IMG/VR virus record: IMGVR_UViG_3300045135_002615
Location: 232,643-296,642 of that record
Length of the DNA: 64,000 bases
Reading direction: 5' to 3' (one strand)
The notes beneath the pieces were generated by a model that saw only the letters and a list, made by a program, of their open reading frames with translations, was not told the DNA's origin and did no database searches. The position numbers were made by a program, and so were the translations under genes. Below, piece by piece: positions 48,992-56,012 of this stretch (position 1 is its first letter; every line of letters begins with the position of its first letter).

Positions 48992-49451
48992 TTGACTCAA
49001 CCTCTCTCCAATAGTCTCGGAAGATTTCAAGCAGCTCATCTAGGTACAAGGTGAACGACCCGTCAGAGAGGACGAATGTTCTCTCCATGTACATCATAGA
49101 CTCTCGCTCAGGTCTCCAACTGAGTTTGATCAGTCTGCCCTGACCTAGATATACTCTCAGCAAGAACACCTTTTTATTGTGTGTCAGCTTCATTGCTGCA
49201 AATATCCTTTGACTTGGATCAAGTGTCATCGCATCAACATGAGCCCATAAATACCTTTTACTGAGGTCAGCCAGCTTAATAGGGAACTCGATGTCAGGTG
49301 TAATGATCTTAAAGTTGGCTTCTTCAAGGGCTTCTTTTAGAGCGATGTGGATTCTAATTGCCACACCTTTCCTGAACACTTGATGGCTGTTCCACAGTAG
49401 TCCTTGGATGGCAACCCGCTTACCATCTACAATCTCAGTCCACTTACTCAT
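48978..49451 (-). CDS. GKR-family paralog
   Basis: MSKWTEIVDGKRVA; SFTLYLDELLEIFRDYWR. Confidence 0.75.
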   Translation of the reverse strand: MSKWTEIVDGKRVAIQGLLWNSHQVFRKGVAIRIHIALKEALEEANFKIITPDIEFPIKLADLSKRYLWAHVDAMTLDPSQRIFAAMKLTHNKKVFLLRVYLGQGRLIKLSWRPERESMMYMERTFVLSDGSFTLYLDELLEIFRDYWREVESSDVY

Positions 49452-49867
49452 TGGTTAGCTCTCCAAAATGTCCTGATTGAGTCAAGCAACTCGTTCATGT
49501 ATGATGTGAAAGTCTCTTCACGATAAATAGTAGCCTTATACGCCTCACTGATTGGTCTTCCTTTGTCCCACTCATCCATGATCATTGAGTGACGTTGACC
49601 CCCTCCGAAGTAAACTCTGATTCGATAGTCACGTCCCTCATGCATGAGTTGTCCATAATAGATTAGAGTCCCGTACTGACTCTTCTCCTCGTTGAGTGTC
49701 TGACCCTCAATAAGATCTCGGAAGTGACACTCTGCCAATGCCCCCCTAACCGACTCATGGAAAGAGTACTGCCAATTGCCAATACTGACCGAGAACATGT
49801 CACTATCCCAATCAAGATACTTTTTGGCTCTCCGCTTCCCGTCTACAATCTCAGTCCACTTACCCAT
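49448..49867 (-). CDS. GKR-family paralog
   Basis: MGKWTEIVDGKRRA; TFTSYMNELLDSIRTFWR. Confidence 0.75.
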   Translation of the reverse strand: MGKWTEIVDGKRRAKKYLDWDSDMFSVSIGNWQYSFHESVRGALAECHFRDLIEGQTLNEEKSQYGTLIYYGQLMHEGRDYRIRVYFGGGQRHSMIMDEWDKGRPISEAYKATIYREETFTSYMNELLDSIRTFWRANQ

Positions 49868-50300
49868 TGATCTTCCTCCAAAAGTCCCTAAAAGTCTCAA
49901 AGGTCGCGTCCAACAGCTCCGTTAAAGAGTCATAGTTCCCAACTACAATCAAAGAAGACCCCTCCTTCCTCGTGTAGACTAAGATGGTATGGGTGTCCCC
50001 ATTAGGATCGTAAAAAATACAGACCCTGTATACGATATGCTCAATGATCCTCTGATTGTAGGAGACCATGATTAAGTCGTTGTAGTTTGGTGCGTCTGCG
50101 ATCTCTTTGCGATACCAATCTACCTGCGATACTCTTTCGGCTTCAAAAAGGTACGCATCAAAACCCAACTCCTCAAAGGCTTGGTTTACCCACCAAGTGG
50201 TGTCGTGGATATAGCTATCTTTAGACACCTGTAGCTTCCCGCCCTCCCACTTTAGGTCGCACACAGCGACCCGTTTTCCGTTTTTTATTTGTGTGTACAT
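49860..50300 (-). CDS. GKR-family paralog
   Basis: MYTQIKNGKRVA; SLTELLDATFETFRDFWR. Confidence 0.75.
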   Translation of the reverse strand: MYTQIKNGKRVAVCDLKWEGGKLQVSKDSYIHDTTWWVNQAFEELGFDAYLFEAERVSQVDWYRKEIADAPNYNDLIMVSYNQRIIEHIVYRVCIFYDPNGDTHTILVYTRKEGSSLIVVGNYDSLTELLDATFETFRDFWRKING

Positions 50301-50353
50301 GTGTTCATCCTTTCATATGTTCTTATATGAAAGGGGGTGGGGGGTGAGTCGTC

Positions 50354-50620
50354 TTACCCCAATAAGATGCCTAGATTGGGGGCATAACCTATCCATCTCC
50401 AATCAAGCGTCCATGTGCGATTGAAGTCCTTGTCATAGATCATAATGGGTTGCTTCCTGTACGCACTACGGTTCAAAGCCTGTATGTCTACCCATACAGC
50501 CCCCCTGTATATCTTGCCATCAATCCTTAGACGCTTGACTGGGAAGTATACGTTCTCTAGGTATTCTACGAAGAGGTCAAAGTTCCTAAACCTCTTCCAT
50601 CGAGTTGCTTCTTTTAACAT
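50354..50620 (-). CDS. Hypothetical protein
   Basis: AGGAGG SD; preceded by TAG-N4-TT-WAT motif. Confidence 0.65.
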   Translation of the reverse strand: MLKEATRWKRFRNFDLFVEYLENVYFPVKRLRIDGKIYRGAVWVDIQALNRSAYRKQPIMIYDKDFNRTWTLDWRWIGYAPNLGILLG

Positions 50621-50659
50621 GGGGACACCTCCTGGTAGAAAAGCGACCCCATAAAACGA

Positions 50660-50866
50660 CTACTGATCCCTCTCAGCTTCCTTCAACCACTCACCAATGA
50701 GCTGAGGATATAGGTACATATAGTCAGGGGAAGTCCGACCCCTCAGCCCCTCCATTAGCTCTTGTCTCTCTTGGGCATCAAGAGGGACGCCTTTTTCTAG
50801 GTCGCGGATCATCTCATGTGCTCTTAAGCATAGAGCTCTGAGCCGGTACTCCTCGTTGTGTTCCAT
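50660..50866 (-). CDS. Hypothetical protein
   Basis: 68-aa ORF; GGAG SD. Confidence 0.55.
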   Translation of the reverse strand: MEHNEEYRLRALCLRAHEMIRDLEKGVPLDAQERQELMEGLRGRTSPDYMYLYPQLIGEWLKEAERDQ

Positions 50867-51149
50867 CTTTATCTACTCCAATGTAAATCTCATATCCGTA
50901 CTTCACAGGCATACATGAAACCATTTTCATTGTCTTACCCTTTGGTAGCGTTAAGACCACCTTGTTGAACCTCATGTCATCATCTGAGAAGATGAGGGTG
51001 ATCTCTGTCCCGTACTCTGTCTCTTGGGTGTATTCATTGACAGAGCATGACTTGTCGTGAGTCTCGACTTTAAACGTGTAAAGGTCAATGCTCTCACTTG
51101 TGCTTTCAACTGAATGGATTAGACCTTTACCGATCACTTCTAGTTCCAT
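50814..51149 (-). CDS. Hypothetical protein
   Basis: AAGGAGG SD. Confidence 0.65.
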   Translation of the reverse strand: MELEVIGKGLIHSVESTSESIDLYTFKVETHDKSCSVNEYTQETEYGTEITLIFSDDDMRFNKVVLTLPKGKTMKMVSCMPVKYGYEIYIGVDKDGTQRGVPAQSSMLKST

Positions 51150-51204
51150 ATATCCTCCTTATAGGTTTGGTGTGTAAACCCTATACGAGGTCTTCCCACA
51201 AAGC

Positions 51205-51248
51205 AAAAAAAACCCCCTCTCTGTCCATTTCGGTAGAGAGGGGGCTTT
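51205..51248 (-). terminator. Intrinsic terminator
   Basis: CCCCCTCTCT..AGAGAGGGGG stem; plus-strand A-run gives a U-tail on the minus strand. Confidence 0.75.
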
Positions 51249-51253
51249 AGGGT

Positions 51254-51679
51254 TTACCGCTTCAAGGTGTCCCCCGTAGGGGTTCCATCATCAGGGGGAG
51301 GTGGGCAATGCTCAAAGTTAGGCTCTGCCACTACATCCTGGCAGAGATTAGCATCGAGCTTGACTACATCGTTACCCTTTACGAAGGTGATATAGCCTTC
51401 TTTGTCCTCACCTGTTGAGGTGTAATGTTGAAAGGTCACAAACTGACCATCTAACATACACACTTGAGTGACCTGTGGGCAGACAGGACACTCTTTCTCA
51501 ACGATGATGACTTTAGGGTCTTCGTCAGCGGGTGCCCCTGCCGTGATAGAGGAGCTTTCCTCCTCGTAGGTGTCTACGGGAGGTGCTTCCTCTACACCTC
51601 CATTAAGGAGGTACATCGCACCTGCGAGGAGGGTCGCGTATGCCACGAAGGATAGTCCGTATGTTGTTAAATCTTTCAT
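51254..51679 (-). CDS. Membrane-anchored protein with Cys pairs
   Basis: N-terminal TM helix; CPVCP..C..C..C. Confidence 0.7.
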   Translation of the reverse strand: MKDLTTYGLSFVAYATLLAGAMYLLNGGVEEAPPVDTYEEESSSITAGAPADEDPKVIIVEKECPVCPQVTQVCMLDGQFVTFQHYTSTGEDKEGYITFVKGNDVVKLDANLCQDVVAEPNFEHCPPPPDDGTPTGDTLKR

Positions 51680-51849
51680 GGCATAGCCTTTCCGAGATGA
51701 TAACCTGCCGTAGTCGTGAGTATGGAACAGATCATAAATGAGATGAAGCTCTTCTTTGCCATGGCAAAGAGGAGGACAATGGTGCCACCGAGCAACCCGA
51801 TAAAGATGATTGCTAAGAGAATGTTTACAATGAGGTCGAGGGTCTTCAT
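51676..51849 (-). CDS. 57-aa two-TM micro-protein, not in the ORF track
   Basis: MKTLDLIVNILLAIIFIGLLGGTIVLLFAMAKKSFISFMICSILTTTAGYHLGKAMP; GGGAG SD; ATGA overlap. Confidence 0.65.
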   Translation of the reverse strand: MKTLDLIVNILLAIIFIGLLGGTIVLLFAMAKKSFISFMICSILTTTAGYHLGKAMP

Positions 51850-51859
51850 AGCTACTCCC

Positions 51860-51982
51860 TTATTGACAGCTTAGGGAGAAGATGAGACAGGTATACCCTG
51901 TGACCACCGTCATCGCTAGAACCGACAAGAACGTCATCACATATGCAATGGTGATGATGATTGTTTGTCCGAGTGTGTCCAT
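51860..51982 (-). CDS. 40-aa TM micro-protein, not in the ORF track
   Basis: MDTLGQTIIITIAYVMTFLSVLAMTVVTGYTCLIFSLSCQ; AAGGA SD. Confidence 0.6.
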   Translation of the reverse strand: MDTLGQTIIITIAYVMTFLSVLAMTVVTGYTCLIFSLSCQ

Positions 51983-51994
51983 GTTAATTTCCTT

Positions 51995-52090
51995 TTAATT
52001 AATAAATGATAGTGAAAAGATTAAGAACTCTGCGAAGCAGATAGCACCGCAGATTGCGAGACCTAAGATGAAGATGAGAGACTGAGACAT
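51995..52090 (-). CDS. 31-aa TM micro-protein
   Basis: MSQSLIFILGLAICGAICFAEFLIFSLSFIN; starts 2 nt after the upstream stop. Confidence 0.55.
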   Translation of the reverse strand: MSQSLIFILGLAICGAICFAEFLIFSLSFIN

Positions 52091-52092
52091 TT

Positions 52093-52464
52093 TTAGGCAC
52101 CTAGAGAGAGTGTCTTGAGGATGAACCTCGTGGGCTTCCAAGAGAAAATCTTGAAGATTGCCTCTTGGGGTCCGAGCTTGCCGAGTGCCAAGAAGGGCCA
52201 AATGATGCAACCCAGAAGGAAGATACCCGTCTGTGAGAGAAGCTCTAAGAAGCCGAGCTCACGGTCACGCTTCTTGGGGAAAGCCCTCTCCCAACGGAGT
52301 TGCCACCAAAGGAAGAAGATCCACCCGCCGATGAGGGCGAACTGCGGGTTGGCAAGCAAGAACCCGATCCAAAGATCAAGACCCTCAGTCCCCAAGTTCA
52401 AAAGACTCTCACCCCAAGCGATGGTGCTGTCGATGCCTGCTTCAATAGTATTTAAGATAGACAT
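52093..52464 (-). CDS. Membrane protein
   Basis: Two hydrophobic helices; GGAG SD. Confidence 0.7.
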   Translation of the reverse strand: MSILNTIEAGIDSTIAWGESLLNLGTEGLDLWIGFLLANPQFALIGGWIFFLWWQLRWERAFPKKRDRELGFLELLSQTGIFLLGCIIWPFLALGKLGPQEAIFKIFSWKPTRFILKTLSLGA

Positions 52465-52548
52465 TTTGTTACTCCATGTGTAAGTGTGTTTGTTTTTATA
52501 TATATCAACAGCTTAGACGGGTGACTTTTTAATAAAAAAGGGTTTTAC

Positions 52549-53055
52549 ATGAGCCGTAAAAAAATAGATGTTTCTCAACAAGACATTGAACTGTCTTTTG
52601 TGCGTGATCTGATCACAAGGTCTTTTTTTCAAAGTGATGGGGTTGCTCCTCTGTATCAAAAACACTCAGAGGTACTCGATCATTGGGCGTTAAGGGGGTG
52701 GGTCAATATGGGTGAACTCACATCTCAAGGCAAAGCGAGAGTGCGAGAGCTCCAATATTATTTTGACCGACCCTCAGACCGCACAGGTAAGCTGCTATTC
52801 TTACTCGATAAAGCAATACCCTTGATGAAGGTCACTCCACGAAACCGAACCTTCATACGCAAGGTCGCTAGGGTTTTAAACTTCCACCCTCGTGATCCTA
52901 GAGACTTATTGAAGCCTTCCGATGTGACGAGACTCAGGAACTTGCTCATTAAGCATCTTGGTGATTATGAGTCACGCTTACCCACACTGCCCGCTGACTA
53001 TCCATTTGAGTGGGAGATTCAGAGACTATTGACTAATGGACCAGTGAGGTATTGA
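52549..53055 (+). CDS. Hypothetical protein
   Basis: 168-aa ORF; no recognised motif. Confidence 0.6.
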   Translation: MSRKKIDVSQQDIELSFVRDLITRSFFQSDGVAPLYQKHSEVLDHWALRGWVNMGELTSQGKARVRELQYYFDRPSDRTGKLLFLLDKAIPLMKVTPRNRTFIRKVARVLNFHPRDPRDLLKPSDVTRLRNLLIKHLGDYESRLPTLPADYPFEWEIQRLLTNGPVRY

Positions 53056-53104
53056 GCCATAGTTCCTTTATAAAGGTCGATATAGGTCTAATAAGGGGTT
53101 GACT

Positions 53105-54481
53105 ATGATCGCAACACTACATGGGATAGCATCTGCTTCAAGGGGGCTCTCAAGAGTTATTACAAATAACCTAGTCCTTCACTACAACACCTTTAACCCT
53201 AGCTCATATGTTAAAGGTCAAGGGACCACAATCAACGACCTCTCAGGGAACGGACTACATGGGACAATCGTTGGAAGTCCTCCATGGTCTACCAACTACT
53301 TTTCGTTCTCTAATGACTACATCACCTCCGCGAACTTAGCACCTTCTCTGACTGAAGTACACACCGCAGAACTATGGGTTTACCCTACAGGTAATGGTGT
53401 ACTCTTACAAGCTAATGCTCAAGCTACACCGAACACTAGCTACCATCACTCCACCATAGAGATTGTAGCAGGCAAACTAGAATTCGGTCTGTGGAACGGC
53501 TCAGGTATCACCTCTACAGGTCCAACCTCTACTATCTCTTTCAATCAATGGCATCAAGTAGTCCTTACTTACGATGGCTCAATCATCAGAGGATATCTTG
53601 ATGGTTCGTTCGCGGGTTCCGTCAATGTCACATGGGACTCTCCAGAGGACAGCACGGGTGTTTTCTACTACAACTTCGGTTATAGAGACACCACATCTCA
53701 AGGTGATGGGACTGACTTTGATGGTCGTTTTGGGATTATGAGGATCTATAGTGTTGCCTTCTCCCTACAGGCTATCCAACAGAACTACAATGCGGTCACA
53801 GGAAACGTCAGTGACTTAGTGTCGGATACCCTCAGACTCTATTATGACCCTTCTCTCTCAGCGTCATATAGCTCACCGAGTAGCCTCATTTATAATCTTG
53901 CTCCCAATACAAACACAGGCACTCTCTCTAATGTCTCCGCCAATGGTACTTACCTCACCTTTAACGGCTCAAGTTCTCAAGTCTCTGTCCCTGACTCTTC
54001 TATCTTAGAACCTGGTTCATCTAACTTCACAATAGAAGCATGGGTAAGGATACATAGCTTTGGGAGTACAATGGTGATTGCAGGTAAGTTTGATAACGGG
54101 GGCTTGGCAGCGGATGTCTCTTATTCACTACGGGTCAACGCATCAGGTGTCTTAAGATGTGAGGTAGGAGATGGCACAGGCTCACTAGATAGTCCTCTCT
54201 ATCAGGCTACAACCAACACATGGTATCAAGTCGTAGGTGTGATAGATAACACGAACAATCAGCTCAAGCTCTATATCAATGGTGTATCTCAAGGCACACC
54301 TACCACCATGAGCTATACGAGTATCTTGAATAGTGCGAACAATCTGTATCTAGGTAGCTACAACAACGGGGAATATTCTCAGTACCTTGATGGGGACTTA
54401 GGGGTAGTGAGGGTCTATCAAAGGGCTTTGACTGATGCGGAGGTGTTGGCGAACTACAACTACGACAGATCCAAGTATTGA
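53105..54481 (+). CDS. Tandem LamG/concanavalin A-like lectin protein
   Basis: LVLHY..DLSGNGLHGT, NQWHQVVLTYDG, FTIEAWV, NTWYQVV, VRVYQRALTDAEVLANYN; two LamG repeats. Confidence 0.85.
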   Translation: MIATLHGIASASRGLSRVITNNLVLHYNTFNPSSYVKGQGTTINDLSGNGLHGTIVGSPPWSTNYFSFSNDYITSANLAPSLTEVHTAELWVYPTGNGVLLQANAQATPNTSYHHSTIEIVAGKLEFGLWNGSGITSTGPTSTISFNQWHQVVLTYDGSIIRGYLDGSFAGSVNVTWDSPEDSTGVFYYNFGYRDTTSQGDGTDFDGRFGIMRIYSVAFSLQAIQQNYNAVTGNVSDLVSDTLRLYYDPSLSASYSSPSSLIYNLAPNTNTGTLSNVSANGTYLTFNGSSSQVSVPDSSILEPGSSNFTIEAWVRIHSFGSTMVIAGKFDNGGLAADVSYSLRVNASGVLRCEVGDGTGSLDSPLYQATTNTWYQVVGVIDNTNNQLKLYINGVSQGTPTTMSYTSILNSANNLYLGSYNNGEYSQYLDGDLGVVRVYQRALTDAEVLANYNYDRSKY

Positions 54482-54521
54482 GGGTAAAAAAAAGGGAGGG
54501 TGGGGCTCACTTCAAAAAAAA

Positions 54522-54662
54522 AACACCCCCTAAGTAAATCACATTAAGGTGGGAGAGTGGGCAGTCAGGGGCTTGAACCCTGGACCGTCGGTTTATGAGA
54601 CCGATGCTCTGACCAACTGAGCTAACTGCCCATGTCTTAATGTGATTTACTTAGAGGGTGTT
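54522..54662. repeat. 27-bp inverted repeat enclosing the tRNA(CAT) gene
   Basis: AACACCCCCTAAGTAAATCACATTAAG (54522-54548) and CTTAATGTGATTTACTTAGAGGGTGTT (54636-54662); 1 mismatch. Confidence 0.9.
54558..54631 (-). tRNA. tRNA with CAT anticodon (Ile2 more likely than elongator Met), no encoded CCA
   Basis: GGGCAGT/ACTGCCC acceptor with C4-G69, TCGGT-CT-CAT-AA-ACCGA; no initiator features. Confidence 0.9.
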
Positions 54663-54742
54663 ATCAACCCTATACGAGCCTGCATCCTAACCGAGTATGA
54701 CAAGCGGAAGACCATGCAGGGAACTTCCTTAGAGTTGAGTAG

Positions 54743-54815
54743 TACACTCAGCAGGGCTCGAACCTGCGACCTACACGTTAGGAATGTGTTGCTCTTCCTA
54801 CTGAGCTATGAGTGC
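54743..54815 (-). tRNA. tRNA-Arg(CCT), no encoded CCA
   Basis: GCACTCA/TGAGTGT acceptor, ACACA-TT-CCT-AA-CGTGT, GGTTCGAGCCC. Confidence 0.9.
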
Positions 54816-54819
54816 TTAG

Positions 54820-54892
54820 TACACCAAGTAGGGCTCGAACCTACGACCTACGGTTTAGAAGACCGTTGCTCTTCCGACTGAGCTATTGGTGC
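54820..54892 (-). tRNA. tRNA-Arg(TCT), no encoded CCA
   Basis: GCACCAA/TTGGTGT acceptor, ACGGT-CT-TCT-AA-ACCGT, GGTTCGAGCCC. Confidence 0.95.
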
Positions 54893-54907
54893 GTCTGTAA
54901 CAACCCC

Positions 54908-54936
54908 ATTATACTAATGTAAGGTTGGCTTGTCAC
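54908..54936 (-). promoter_or_regulatory. sigma70-type promoter for the tRNA-Arg pair
   Basis: GTGACA-N17-TATAAT on the minus strand, 16 nt upstream of the tRNA. Confidence 0.75.
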
Positions 54937-54938
54937 AT

Positions 54939-55187
54939 TTATTTGCTGAAAATTGGTGTATAGGCGGCAGCTCTCAGCTCAGCTGTAACCAAACCAATGT
55001 CATTGGTGTTAGAATTGAAGTTTAAGATCACAGACTTAACTACATCACCAAAGGGGGCAGATGAGGACACCATGTTGTAACCAAGACTCTCTATGATCAT
55101 CTGAATGTTTTGTGCATCCCATAGGGGGCAGATGATCTGGGTCTTCTTGTACGAATGTGAGATGAGGATAGGGGCTCTGACTTCCAT
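54939..55187 (-). CDS. Hypothetical protein (paralog of 55259-55534)
   Basis: Shared I.MI.E.LGY..S.P.G..AEL.A pattern. Confidence 0.7.
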   Translation of the reverse strand: MEVRAPILISHSYKKTQIICPLWDAQNIQMIIESLGYNMVSSSAPFGDVVKSVILNFNSNTNDIGLVTAELRAAAYTPIFSK

Positions 55188-55190
55188 TTT

Positions 55191-55259
55191 TTACTCCATG
55201 CTTAGGGTAAGGGCGATGGTTATGATAATAGTGACACCAAATGTGTATAGTAATATCAT
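55191..55259 (-). CDS. 22-aa hydrophobic peptide, not in the ORF track
   Basis: MILLYTFGVTIIITIALTLSME; TAATG coupling; fills the gap between the paralogs. Confidence 0.45.
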   Translation of the reverse strand: MILLYTFGVTIIITIALTLSME

Positions 55260-55534
55260 TAGTTATTCTTCTTAGAAATGATGACTGAGAACCCTCGTGC
55301 AGAGAGCTCTGCTTCAAGATCATGCTCACTTAGGTCATCGTTCTTGTTAGAGGAGGTCAACAGGAGGGCTACATATTTGAGCTCTCCGATAGGGTTAGAA
55401 CGCTTTACTCGATAGCCGAGGTCCTCACCGATCATCTCTATGGTATGGGCTACCTTACTTTCTCTACAGACCACTTGGTATCCAAGCGAGACTTTGTCTA
55501 GAAACAATGGGTTGTTTAAGTGGCATACAGACAT
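55259..55534 (-). CDS. Hypothetical protein (paralog of 54939-55187)
   Basis: AAAGGA SD; shared pattern. Confidence 0.7.
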   Translation of the reverse strand: MSVCHLNNPLFLDKVSLGYQVVCRESKVAHTIEMIGEDLGYRVKRSNPIGELKYVALLLTSSNKNDDLSEHDLEAELSARGFSVIISKKNN

Positions 55535-55584
55535 GCGTTGTCCTTTCTTTAGATTATTTGTTTATACCAGAGCAACTTGGTTAT

Positions 55585-55612
55585 ATTATTTGTGACCATG
55601 GTCACAAATAAT
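55585..55612. promoter_or_regulatory. Perfect 28-bp palindrome with CRP-type TGTGA-N6-TCACA core
   Basis: ATTATTTGTGACCATGGTCACAAATAAT between divergent genes. Confidence 0.7.
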
Positions 55613-55634
55613 CTTTGTATACAAGGAGGTTATC

Positions 55635-55982
55635 ATGTCCACATACACAACCATTCAAGAAGGTGAGCGTGTTTGGGTTTTAGACAACTCAGAGGTTCTG
55701 AGCTTCTTCTTGTTGCAAAACACTTATGAGAGAGATGGTGGTTTAGGTATTTCACCCTTCGTCTACCGTTGGTTGAAGGACGTGCTCTTAGAGATCGGGT
55801 TTAAGAGGTCTCTGACCTCAAGGTTCATACTCTATATTGGAGACCTTGAGGGAGTGCGTGTAGAAGCGGATTTCACAGACAAAGGGGTGTTTTTACGAAA
55901 CGAGACTAGGACTATAGAGCTAGTCAAGTTGGAAATGTTGTTTTCATTGATAAGGCTTTTATGGAGGGAGTATGCTATGTGA
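55635..55982 (+). CDS. Divergent GKR-family paralog
   Basis: YTTIQEGERVW, VLLEIGF, LIRLLWRE; AAGGAGG SD. Confidence 0.65.
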   Translation: MSTYTTIQEGERVWVLDNSEVLSFFLLQNTYERDGGLGISPFVYRWLKDVLLEIGFKRSLTSRFILYIGDLEGVRVEADFTDKGVFLRNETRTIELVKLEMLFSLIRLLWREYAM

Positions 55983-56012
55983 CTCTATAAGAGACATGAA
56001 AGGACTTCCTAT

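Noticed and set aside
54642-54881. 79-aa plus-strand ORF
   Set aside because: Antisense to two tRNA-Arg genes
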